The notes beneath the pieces are model-generated. The model worked only from the letters and a program-made list of their open reading frames with translations, ran no database searches and was not told the DNA's origin. The position numbers and the translations under genes are program-made. Positions 8,168 through 17,486 of a stretch of DNA of 64,000 bases are shown here, piece after piece; positions within the stretch are counted from its first letter, which is position 1; each line of letters begins with the position of its first letter. The DNA is from an uncultured virus (IMG/VR IMGVR_UViG_3300020362_000001) (taxonomy: Duplodnaviria; Heunggongvirae; Uroviricota; Caudoviricetes), in IMG/VR virus record IMGVR_UViG_3300020362_000001; one strand, given 5' to 3'.

Positions 8168-9239
8168 TTTTAGTAAAAGTGTAGGAACTTTAAATAGAAC
8201 TCCTCCAGACATAACCCCCTCTAAACCAGGTTTAATACCTGTTAGAGTAACTGAAGTAAATATTAAACCAGAAAAACGAACTACTTCGTTATTTCAACAA
8301 ATGGATGAATATTGGGGATTAGGGGCTATTAAATTTGAATTTTTAAATCAACCCACACCTAATTCTAAAACTTCAAATGTTACTATGGCCTTACCCATGA
8401 ATGCTTCCATGAAGATATTGCCATTAGTAAATGATATAGTATATGTAACTTTAGGACCTGATAGAAATACTAAAGAACTTGAACAGTATTATTATACTCC
8501 TGCTATCCCAGTGTGGAATAGTATAGAAACTAATACTTTTCCTTCTCAAGCTTCCGAAGGTAATGATAGTACTAATACTAATACTAATGCTGAAATACAA
8601 GCAGGAATGCCTAATACTCCTAGCAATAAAACAAAAGGACCTGTATTAGGTGATGTTTTTAAAGAGCAAGGTAAAATAAGAAATTTATACCCCCAGGAAG
8701 GAGATTTTTTACTTGAAGGTAAATTTGGTAATTCTTTAAGATTTGGTTCTACTAGTAGATATAGAGGAGATTTTTCTAATTTTAAGGTTAGTCCACAAAA
8801 CCCATGGAGCAAAAATGGTAGAGTAGGAGATCCCATTACTATATTAAGAAATGGGCAAAAAAAAGAAGCTATAGCTGCTGAAGTATATGATCCTACATTT
8901 GAAGATATAAATGATGATGATTCATCTATATATTTAACTTCTACACAAAACATACCTATAGAAATAGCTTATTCTAAACTTACATCATATGGTGTAGATA
9001 TAACCCCACCTGAAGATACTACTAAAGAATTCCAAAAACTAACTGAGGAATTAGGAGATGAATTCACATCTAATAAAGATGCCGATGCAGTAACTGTAGT
9101 TACAGATTCAATAAATCAGGAACCTAAAGGTGATGTAACAAAACCGGCAGCCTTATCTCCCCAAGAAGCAAATAGAAATTTAAGTGTAGATAGATCAGTA
9201 GGTGATGTACCTAGAGAAGAATTTGAAGGAGGTTTATAA
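8151..9239 (+). CDS. Baseplate hub/spike protein, gp5-like N-terminal part
   Basis: OB-fold-like ALP..LPLVNDIVYV; PQEGDFLLEGKFGNSLRFGS; position before gp25/gp6. Confidence 0.6.
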   Translation: MSGPLDFSKSVGTLNRTPPDITPSKPGLIPVRVTEVNIKPEKRTTSLFQQMDEYWGLGAIKFEFLNQPTPNSKTSNVTMALPMNASMKILPLVNDIVYVTLGPDRNTKELEQYYYTPAIPVWNSIETNTFPSQASEGNDSTNTNTNAEIQAGMPNTPSNKTKGPVLGDVFKEQGKIRNLYPQEGDFLLEGKFGNSLRFGSTSRYRGDFSNFKVSPQNPWSKNGRVGDPITILRNGQKKEAIAAEVYDPTFEDINDDDSSIYLTSTQNIPIEIAYSKLTSYGVDITPPEDTTKEFQKLTEELGDEFTSNKDADAVTVVTDSINQEPKGDVTKPAALSPQEANRNLSVDRSVGDVPREEFEGGL

Positions 9240-9925
9240 TGGAATTTATATTAGAAATATATAATATAATAATTGAATTATCCCAATATCTTTTTGATAT
9301 ACCCGAGGGGATAAGTTATGCTCTTTTTGGAATAAAGAAAAAGAAAAAGAAAGCCAAAAAAGCATTAAGAAAAGCAGAAACACAAATAAGTTCTGCTATG
9401 AAGAGTGCTAATTTAGATTCAATACCTAATCCATCTTCCCCTAATGCCCCTAGAACCGAAACAATAGATGGAAACTCCATATCTGGTCTAGATTTACCAT
9501 CCGTTCCTTTTAAACCAGAATATCCATACCGTGGAAAACAAATAATATTAAATTCAGGTAGATTGCATTTAAATGCAAATAGTGATTTTATACTTTTAAA
9601 TTCTAAAAAATCTATCTCTTTAGGTGCTCCTGGTAGTATAAATATAGATACTGATGGAGGATTTATTGTAAATGCTGGTAAAATAAAACTGGGTATAGGA
9701 GATGCTTCGGAAGAACCCTTAGTAAAAGGTAATGTTTTAAACCAAATTATTACCCTTCTTAATATAGGATTACAAAATGCGGCCAATGGTTTAAAAAATG
9801 CTGAAGATGCAGCAGGTAGAAAAATACTTGGGTGTGAAATAGCAGCGGAGGACCTGCAAAGTGCAGCAAAACAAATGGATAGTCTTAGGACAAGCTTATT
9901 ATCCAAACAAAATTTTACTAAATAA
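9239..9925 (+). CDS. Baseplate spike protein, gp5-like C-terminal beta-helix part
   Basis: GKQIILNSGRLHLNA...INID..FIVNAGKIKLG...EPLVKG. Confidence 0.55.
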   Translation: MEFILEIYNIIIELSQYLFDIPEGISYALFGIKKKKKKAKKALRKAETQISSAMKSANLDSIPNPSSPNAPRTETIDGNSISGLDLPSVPFKPEYPYRGKQIILNSGRLHLNANSDFILLNSKKSISLGAPGSINIDTDGGFIVNAGKIKLGIGDASEEPLVKGNVLNQIITLLNIGLQNAANGLKNAEDAAGRKILGCEIAAEDLQSAAKQMDSLRTSLLSKQNFTK

Positions 9926-12900
9926 TGGCAGGACCTTACGGGAAAATACAGAATATGATAAAAAAGGCTAAGAAATCTACTGATAAATTTCTTATAACCT
10001 TAAAAAAAACTAATAGTCAAATTCTAATAGGGTCTAAACAAATTGATGTAGCTAAAAGACAGGAAACTTTATTTGAGGGTGGCAAAAAAAGAGCCGAATT
10101 ATTAAAGGACATTGATTTTTTCAAGGATCCTAGTGTTATGACTATGATTTCTATGTTAAAATCTCTTAATTCTTTTGAATTATGTAACCCGGCTTCTTTT
10201 GCTATAGATCAGGGAATTAAATCTATACAAAGAAAAGACCAACAATTACAAGACTTAGGAGGGGAAGGAACCGGAGCAGGACAATTATTAGAAAAATTTG
10301 AAAATGTTCAGGGAAAGTTAAGAGAAGTTTTTAATGTAATTAGAAATTTTAGTTTAACACCTGGGGAAACTGAAGTTACAGGAGTAACTACTTCTCAAGC
10401 AGTTCCAATATCCAGAAGTGAAAAAGTTACTATTACTTTACCACCTAGAAAAAATAATAAACCTTATGCTATAAATAATGGAACAGTTATTACATTAAGA
10501 ACTACAGATCCTAAAACCGTAGCTCATATGACGGGAACTGTTGAAACACTTCCGGAAATTCAATCTGACGAAAGAGGTCAAAGATTTGTTATAGGAGCCA
10601 ATAATTATACAATTTCAATAGATACAGCCTCAACTTCATCTCCACCTAAAGATAAACAAGGAAATGTATTAACTTTTATAAATTTTAATGCTACATTTAC
10701 TAAAGAACAAAACCCTGATATACAGGCATTAGCTGGCGAATTAAGTGATGCAGCCGATCTTCTTAGAGAAATAGGCTTTCAGGATATAGTAAATGATCTT
10801 AAAGATATCCCCCCTAAATTTCCTGGATTAAGTAAAATTAGAGAATTAGCTATTAAACTTCAGAATTTTTTTGATGGTGTAGGTACTGCATCCGCTCAAT
10901 TGGGGGATGAAGTAGATGATGCATCTCAATTTTTAAGTGGAGGATATACCACTAGACAAGTATTAGAGGGTTCTAGATTATTTGCAGAATTTAATAGGAG
11001 ATTAGAACCCATTTTAAATTTAGAGAATTCTATAGTTAGTGGTTATAAAGATGTTATTGAAAATGTTAATAGTATTTTAAGGGATGTTATTCCTTTTCAG
11101 GAAATATCTAAATTTATAACATTTATAAGAGATTTTGTAAGAGTTATTCAAGGGGTAGTGAGTATGATATTAGTTTTACTAAAAACTATAAATGGTATTA
11201 TTAAAGTAGTAATGACTATTTTAAAGGTATTCAAGGTAGTATTAAAAGTAGTAAAATTAGTGGTGAAGGTACTCCCAGCTATGTTCCTACCTGTAGGTGT
11301 TATTACTACATTTACTGAAAAAATTGAAAATGTAGAGGGTGCTATTGGTGAAGTAATAGAATATCTAGCCATTTACTCTGAATTTTTACAAGGTGTAATA
11401 GACGGCTTACAATTTACAAAATATGCCTTAAAAATAGTAATAGAGGAATTAACTAAATTAGCGGCCAAATTAGGTAGTTGTGGTGCTCTTAAAGGTAATG
11501 GTATGGAAGCTAGTATGACATCAGCAGTATCATTAGTTAGAGATTCCCTAAGAGGATTAACTCAAGCAGCTCCTGATGAAGACTTCTATCCGGACGATCC
11601 AAATTCACCAGGTGGTGGTTTAGGTCCAGCAGCCGGTGAAAATGTAAGACCATATGGTACAGGTCCTTTTATACAAACCCCTGGGGGTGAAATTATGTTT
11701 TTAAGTGATTCTATTATAGGATTTGATGAAGATGGTAATCTAATATTTTTTGCTAATTTAACTTCATTATCTACCGGGGTTAGATTTAATAGTACATTAG
11801 GGCAAGATTTTAGAAATAGAAATTTACGATTTTATACTTTTGATAAATTTAGAAATTCACAAGCTTCAATGTTAAATGAAGCAGATAGAATAGCTGAAGA
11901 AAGAAGAAATGCAATAAAAGAAATAGATCCAACAGATAGATTTGGAAATTTTGCAGAAAAATATAAAGGATATACTATTAAAATTCAAGAAGAAATAGAT
12001 GATGATGATTTAAATACTCAAATTGTTACAAGAAGAAGAGGTATAGCTTTAGATTCTGCCGAATCATTAGTAGTCTCCACAGATTTAACCTTTTCAGATA
12101 ATTTATCACAAATAGTAAATGAAGTTAAATTTCAAATAGATCAATTAATTCAAGAAGGTGTAATAGGAATTAATACCTCGGACCCTCAAGCCAATACTAT
12201 TTCAGATGATGATGCTATTGATATAGCAGAAGGTACTGGAGCTAACCCTGTAGCTATAAACAATTTAAGAGCTCAGAAAAATAATAAGGCTGCAGCTAGT
12301 ATCCCTGATAAACCTGGTAAACCAGTTAAGTCAAGAATAGGTAATCAACCTTTTGAATCTAATAGAGATCTTAAAATACCTTCTCGAGGAAAAACTGATG
12401 GTGGATCGCCTAGTCAACCTATTAGGGTAGAGGGAGTAGCTCAAGCTGGTATAGATGCATTTGTAGAATCTACTCCAGAACTAAAATCATTAGCTAATAA
12501 CTTAAGTACGATAAATAGAGCTACTACATCTCAATTATCTAACATATTAAGAGACCCAGGTGTTCAAAATATGTCTGAGGAAGAATTAGTTCAAAAATTA
12601 AGAGGTGAAATATTAAGTGGAGTAGATCCTAATCCTGATAGAATAGAGGAAGTTAAGGATAAAACTCAAGAATGGTACAGAGGTATAAGAGCACAAGCTA
12701 GAGTAGACTTTAATCAATTAGTAGCAGCTCAACAACAAACATCTACAGGTAATGCTAGAGGTAAGGGTGCTAAATTTAGAACTAGTGGTAAACCTAAACC
12801 TGAATTTGAACCATTTGTTACTAAAATTGAATTAAAAGAAATTCCAAAATGGATAGAATTACTTAGAAGAAATAAATATACTCAATCCGAAATTGATGCT

Positions 12901-13023
12901 GGTTTATCAGGTGAAGGTATAAGAGACAAATATGAAATTAAGGTTGATGAAGATGGAAAAATCGATATTAGAAAAAAATTGGCATTTAAAAATGATAATT
13001 TTGAAAAGAAAAAAAGAGGATAA
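9925..13023 (+). CDS. Large virion protein with a long amphipathic helical region
   Basis: 1032 aa; V/I/L-K periodic segment; located in the baseplate operon. Confidence 0.6.
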   Translation: MAGPYGKIQNMIKKAKKSTDKFLITLKKTNSQILIGSKQIDVAKRQETLFEGGKKRAELLKDIDFFKDPSVMTMISMLKSLNSFELCNPASFAIDQGIKSIQRKDQQLQDLGGEGTGAGQLLEKFENVQGKLREVFNVIRNFSLTPGETEVTGVTTSQAVPISRSEKVTITLPPRKNNKPYAINNGTVITLRTTDPKTVAHMTGTVETLPEIQSDERGQRFVIGANNYTISIDTASTSSPPKDKQGNVLTFINFNATFTKEQNPDIQALAGELSDAADLLREIGFQDIVNDLKDIPPKFPGLSKIRELAIKLQNFFDGVGTASAQLGDEVDDASQFLSGGYTTRQVLEGSRLFAEFNRRLEPILNLENSIVSGYKDVIENVNSILRDVIPFQEISKFITFIRDFVRVIQGVVSMILVLLKTINGIIKVVMTILKVFKVVLKVVKLVVKVLPAMFLPVGVITTFTEKIENVEGAIGEVIEYLAIYSEFLQGVIDGLQFTKYALKIVIEELTKLAAKLGSCGALKGNGMEASMTSAVSLVRDSLRGLTQAAPDEDFYPDDPNSPGGGLGPAAGENVRPYGTGPFIQTPGGEIMFLSDSIIGFDEDGNLIFFANLTSLSTGVRFNSTLGQDFRNRNLRFYTFDKFRNSQASMLNEADRIAEERRNAIKEIDPTDRFGNFAEKYKGYTIKIQEEIDDDDLNTQIVTRRRGIALDSAESLVVSTDLTFSDNLSQIVNEVKFQIDQLIQEGVIGINTSDPQANTISDDDAIDIAEGTGANPVAINNLRAQKNNKAAASIPDKPGKPVKSRIGNQPFESNRDLKIPSRGKTDGGSPSQPIRVEGVAQAGIDAFVESTPELKSLANNLSTINRATTSQLSNILRDPGVQNMSEEELVQKLRGEILSGVDPNPDRIEEVKDKTQEWYRGIRAQARVDFNQLVAAQQQTSTGNARGKGAKFRTSGKPKPEFEPFVTKIELKEIPKWIELLRRNKYTQSEIDAGLSGEGIRDKYEIKVDEDGKIDIRKKLAFKNDNFEKKKRG

Positions 13024-13241
13024 TGATTTCACTTATATTACAAATAATTAAATTCGTAATTGTTAGGTTGGCATCTGCTAGAATTTTAAGTAGCTTCAAT
13101 TCACAATTATTAAAAATAGATGCTTGGTTAGAAAAACATCTTAATATTGATCTAATTAAACAGGAAGAAAAATTTTATCAAAAATATCCTAATATTGAAA
13201 AAAGATTAAAAGATATTGAAAAAAAATTGGAGAAAAATTAA
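13023..13241 (+). CDS. Hypothetical protein
   Basis: 72 aa, TAATG-coupled. Confidence 0.55.
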   Translation: MISLILQIIKFVIVRLASARILSSFNSQLLKIDAWLEKHLNIDLIKQEEKFYQKYPNIEKRLKDIEKKLEKN

Positions 13242-13265
13242 ACGAATGAAAAATACATTAAATAA

Positions 13266-13273
13266 ATATTTAT
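13266..13273 (+). promoter_or_regulatory. Late promoter motif ATATTTAT
   Basis: Intergenic, just before ATG 13278. Confidence 0.65.
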
Positions 13274-13277
13274 AATC

Positions 13278-13736
13278 ATGAAATTAGAAGCTTTTAGAAA
13301 AGTAATTAGAGAAGAGGTAAGAACAGTAATTAAAGAAGAACTTTCATTAATTATGCAAACTCCTATAACTGAAACTAAAACAGTAAAAAAGCCGGTTGTA
13401 GAAGTAAAAAATAAAAAATCTACACTATCCGATATTATAGAAGAACCTAAATCACAAAATAAACCTACAAAACCTTTATTTGAAGGAGTAGGAGCACTTT
13501 CAGATGTATTAAACCAAACACATGCTGAAGGAGGTTGGAGAAATATGGGGAGTATGACGGCTAAAGATGCAGTTTCATATCAAGGTGGAATGCCCGGACA
13601 AGAAACTAAAGTAGTAGATTCAGTTAATGATATGGTAGCGGGACAAAAAACTTCAGATATCAATCAAGTAAGTATTGATTCTGTACCAGATTTTTCTGGA
13701 TTAATGAGTAATTTAAAAGATAAAGGTAAATTATAA
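13278..13736 (+). CDS. Hypothetical virion protein with capsid-targeting-like leader
   Basis: MKLEAFRKVIREEVRTVIKEE; late motif upstream. Confidence 0.65.
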   Translation: MKLEAFRKVIREEVRTVIKEELSLIMQTPITETKTVKKPVVEVKNKKSTLSDIIEEPKSQNKPTKPLFEGVGALSDVLNQTHAEGGWRNMGSMTAKDAVSYQGGMPGQETKVVDSVNDMVAGQKTSDINQVSIDSVPDFSGLMSNLKDKGKL

Positions 13737-14158
13737 TGGCTGATTACTTATTTAGAAATGTAGATATTTTAGATTTAAAACCTAGTACTGGAGTAGGTAT
13801 AAAAATACCTTTTGATGGTGCTACAGGTATTAATACTACATTTACTACTCAAGATGCCATAAAATCTAATTTACTAAATTTTCTTTTAACTGGTAAAAGA
13901 GAAAGAGTATTAAATCCCGGATTTGGTTCTGGATTAAGAGAACTAATGTTTCAACCTTTAACGGATGATTTAAGGGGTGATATGGAAAACTTAATAATAG
14001 GAGGAGTTAATGAATTTTTTCCTAATGTTCAAATTAATGATTTAACAATAGATTTCGTTCAAGAAGAATCAAAAGTAATTATAAACCTTAATTATTCCGT
14101 AATTAACACTAATATTGAAGACGAAATTCAAATAAATATAAACAATGGCGGAGTCTAA
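13736..14158 (+). CDS. Baseplate wedge subunit, gp25-like
   Basis: IKSNLLNFLLTGKRERVLNPGFGSGLRELMF is the gp25/GPW signature. Confidence 0.9.
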   Translation: MADYLFRNVDILDLKPSTGVGIKIPFDGATGINTTFTTQDAIKSNLLNFLLTGKRERVLNPGFGSGLRELMFQPLTDDLRGDMENLIIGGVNEFFPNVQINDLTIDFVQEESKVIINLNYSVINTNIEDEIQININNGGV

Positions 14159-16013
14159 ACAAGTACAATATTTAAATAAAGATTTTGATGGATTCAAACA
14201 AAAATTGTTAGAATTTGCAGAAATTTATTATCCTAATACCTATAATGATTTTTCAGAAAATTCAGCTGGATTAATGTTAGTAGAAATGGCCTCATATGTA
14301 GGTGATGTACTTTCATTTTATGCTGATAGTCAAGTTCAAGAAAATTTTATAGAATTTGCCAAACAAAGAAATAACTTATTATCCTTAGCTTATAATAATG
14401 GTTACTTTCCACAAGTAACTAATGCAGCTACAGCCGAAATAGAAGTATTTCAATTAGTCCCCTCAACTATTACCTCTGGATTAGTAGAACCAGACTACAA
14501 CTATTCCTTAATTATTCAGGAGGGGTCACAATTAAGATCGGGAAATGAAAAATTTTATATAGAAGATAAAATAGATTTTTCTGTATCTAGTAGTTCAGAT
14601 CCTACTGATGTATCAGTTTACTCTATAGATTCAGATGATAATCCTAATTTTTATTTATTAAAGAAAACTAAAAGAGCAGTATCTGGAGAATTTAGACAAA
14701 CTACTTTTACATTTGGTGCTCCTGAAAAGTTTCCTACTATAGAATTAGAAGATACTAATATTATAAAAACAACTCAAGTAACTGATTCAGATGGTAGACT
14801 TTATTATCCTGTAAATTATTTAGCCCAAGAAACTATTTTTGATCCACAACAAAATATAGCTCAAAATGACCCTAATTTTGCTCAGTATGGTGATACAACA
14901 CCTTTCTTATTAAAATTAAGAAAAGTACCTTATAGATATATTGCTAGATATAAAACAGATAATAAATTACAACTACAATTTGGATCAGGTATTTCTTCTG
15001 GACCAGATGAAACTATAATTCCTAATCCAGATAATATAGGTTTAGGATTACCATATGGTGTGGATAAATTAACTACAGCATTTGATCCTTCTAATTTTTT
15101 ATTTACTAAAGCTTATGGGGTAGCCCCCTCCAATACTACATTAACTGTAAACTATTTAGTAGGAGGAGGAGCCTCCGCTAATGTACCAGCTAATACTATT
15201 ACAACTTTTGATTCTGGTAGTACTTCATTTTTTGGTGCTAATTTAGATTCTACATTACAAGATACAGTAACGGATTCTTTAGCATTTAATAATCCAAGCC
15301 CTGCTGTAGGGGGAGGAGATGGCGATACTAATGAAGACATTAGGTTAAATACTATTTCTCAATACCCATCTCAGTTAAGAACAGTAACAAAAGATGATTA
15401 TGTTATAAGAGCTATGTCTTTACCTTCACAATTTGGAGTAGTATATAAAGCTTATATAACACAACAAAATGAACAAATTTCAGATAGAATATCTGTTTAT
15501 GATGAAGAAAATGTTAATGCATTATGTTTACATATTTTATCAAAAGATTCAGGAGGAAAATTAACTAATTGTGATCCGGCTTTAAAACAAAACTTAAAAA
15601 CTTATTTAGCGGAATATAGGATGCTAACAGATGCTGTTACTATAAAAGATGCTTTTGTTATTAATATAGGTATAAATTTTGATGTAATTTTATTGCCTAA
15701 CTATAATAATAGTCTAGTATTAAATAATATAATAACAGAACTAACATCATTTTTTGATACAGATAAAATGCAAATTAATCAACCTATTTTAATTAATAAT
15801 GTTAGAAATGTAATTGACCAAGTAGATGGAGTACAAACAGTTAAAAAATTAGAAATAGTAAATAAAGTAGGAGAAAGTGGTGGATATTCTCAATTTGCTT
15901 ATGATATAAAAGGAGCTACTATAAATGAAGTATTATATCCTTGTATAGATCCTTCTATTTTTGAAGTTAAATTTCCACTTATAGATATTCAAGGTAAAGT
16001 AGTAACAAACTAA
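14145..16013 (+). CDS. Baseplate wedge subunit, gp6-like
   Basis: KDFDGFK..L, SYVGDVLSFY, QFGSG, GGGDGDT..IR, QLRTVTKDDY. Confidence 0.9.
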   Translation: MAESKQVQYLNKDFDGFKQKLLEFAEIYYPNTYNDFSENSAGLMLVEMASYVGDVLSFYADSQVQENFIEFAKQRNNLLSLAYNNGYFPQVTNAATAEIEVFQLVPSTITSGLVEPDYNYSLIIQEGSQLRSGNEKFYIEDKIDFSVSSSSDPTDVSVYSIDSDDNPNFYLLKKTKRAVSGEFRQTTFTFGAPEKFPTIELEDTNIIKTTQVTDSDGRLYYPVNYLAQETIFDPQQNIAQNDPNFAQYGDTTPFLLKLRKVPYRYIARYKTDNKLQLQFGSGISSGPDETIIPNPDNIGLGLPYGVDKLTTAFDPSNFLFTKAYGVAPSNTTLTVNYLVGGGASANVPANTITTFDSGSTSFFGANLDSTLQDTVTDSLAFNNPSPAVGGGDGDTNEDIRLNTISQYPSQLRTVTKDDYVIRAMSLPSQFGVVYKAYITQQNEQISDRISVYDEENVNALCLHILSKDSGGKLTNCDPALKQNLKTYLAEYRMLTDAVTIKDAFVINIGINFDVILLPNYNNSLVLNNIITELTSFFDTDKMQINQPILINNVRNVIDQVDGVQTVKKLEIVNKVGESGGYSQFAYDIKGATINEVLYPCIDPSIFEVKFPLIDIQGKVVTN

Positions 16014-16017
16014 AAAA

Positions 16018-17136
16018 ATGGCAGTATATAAATTATTTTCGGAAAAAGACACCACTATATTATCCCAATATCCGGCTCAAAATACTGGTAGAGATGAAAT
16101 ATTAGACATTTCTAATTATAATGGTTTAAATATAAATTCATCCGCAGCCGGAGACTTACCGGCTGTAGCTCGTTCTTTAGTACAATTTAGTCAAACTGAA
16201 ATTAGTGGTACTATAGCAGATAAAATAGGAGCTTCGGAATACTCTGCTAGTTTAAAATTATATCTAGCAAACGCTGAAAATGCTCCCCTAGATTATGAAA
16301 TATATGCTTACCCTATTTCAGGAGCATGGGATATGGGTACAGGAAAAACTAGTGATAGTCCTAAAACTGAAGATGGATGTTGTTGGGGATTTAGAGGAGC
16401 ATCAGGTTCAAATGCTTGGACTGCTAGTGGTTTTCCTAATTTTGTAACAGCATCATATGGAACAGCTATAGGAGGAGGAAATTGGTATACAGGTTCAACT
16501 ACGATTAATCCTGAGGCATCACAATCATTTACATATACTAGTGATAAAGATATTTCCCTAGATGTAACTAATACTATAAAATTATGGACAGCAGCTAGTT
16601 TTTCAAATGATGGGTTTATTTTAAAATTAGGTGATGAAAATGAATTTGTTGATGAATATGTTGAAAAACAATATTTTTCTATGGATACTCATACCATATA
16701 CCCACCTGAATTAGAATTTAAATGGGATGATAGTTCATATGATACACCTTTAACAGCAGTAACATCTAGTGATTTTGTACTTGGGTTTACTAATTTAAAA
16801 CAAGAATTTGAAGATAGTGGGGTATATAAATTTAGAGTTAAAGTAAGAGATAAATTCCCTGCTAGAACCTTCCAATCCAGTTCAGTTTATTTAAATGCAA
16901 AAGCATTAACCTCATCCTCATATTGGGGGTTAAAGGATATTAAAACAGATCAAATGGTAATTGATTTTGATACTTCATATACTAAAATAAGTGCTGATAG
17001 TGGTAGTAATTATTTCACAGTACATATGGATGGTTTAGAACCAGAAAGATATTATCAATTAATGATTAAAACAATAGTTGAAGGTGAAACTCTTATAATT
17101 GAAGATAAAGGTAATTATTTTAAAGTTGTTAGATAA
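16018..17136 (+). CDS. Virion protein with DNRLRE/CBM96-like N-terminal domain
   Basis: KDTTI...NTGRDEILDI...RSLVQF...ASLKLY...DVTNTIKLW...NDGFILK...PELEF. Confidence 0.6.
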   Translation: MAVYKLFSEKDTTILSQYPAQNTGRDEILDISNYNGLNINSSAAGDLPAVARSLVQFSQTEISGTIADKIGASEYSASLKLYLANAENAPLDYEIYAYPISGAWDMGTGKTSDSPKTEDGCCWGFRGASGSNAWTASGFPNFVTASYGTAIGGGNWYTGSTTINPEASQSFTYTSDKDISLDVTNTIKLWTAASFSNDGFILKLGDENEFVDEYVEKQYFSMDTHTIYPPELEFKWDDSSYDTPLTAVTSSDFVLGFTNLKQEFEDSGVYKFRVKVRDKFPARTFQSSSVYLNAKALTSSSYWGLKDIKTDQMVIDFDTSYTKISADSGSNYFTVHMDGLEPERYYQLMIKTIVEGETLIIEDKGNYFKVVR

Positions 17137-17486
17137 TGGCAAAAGAAGAAGTACAATTTAATAAAGAAGTTTATGGTAAGGTTACTTACCCTAAAATTGT
17201 AAATACAGAATTTTCAGAATTAGTAACTGTGGAGGATGCTCCACTAGCTATACCGGAACCTATGACAGTAGCTGAATTTTTTGAAGAATATGATAGACTA
17301 TTCTTCCAAATCCCCAGAACTGGAGCTAATGCTTCTCATACCGCTTTAGTGGATAGAAGTTCTTCATATATAGGGGTTGCTGGTCAATCTTCGGAAATTG
17401 AAGCTTTATTAAACGAAATATCAGATCTAAGATTACAATTACTTACAGCACAACAAGAAATTGTGAATTTATCAGCTAATGTATAA
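17136..17486 (+). CDS. Virion structural protein (baseplate operon)
   Basis: Coupled ORF, C-terminal coiled coil. Confidence 0.6.
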   Translation: MAKEEVQFNKEVYGKVTYPKIVNTEFSELVTVEDAPLAIPEPMTVAEFFEEYDRLFFQIPRTGANASHTALVDRSSSYIGVAGQSSEIEALLNEISDLRLQLLTAQQEIVNLSANV

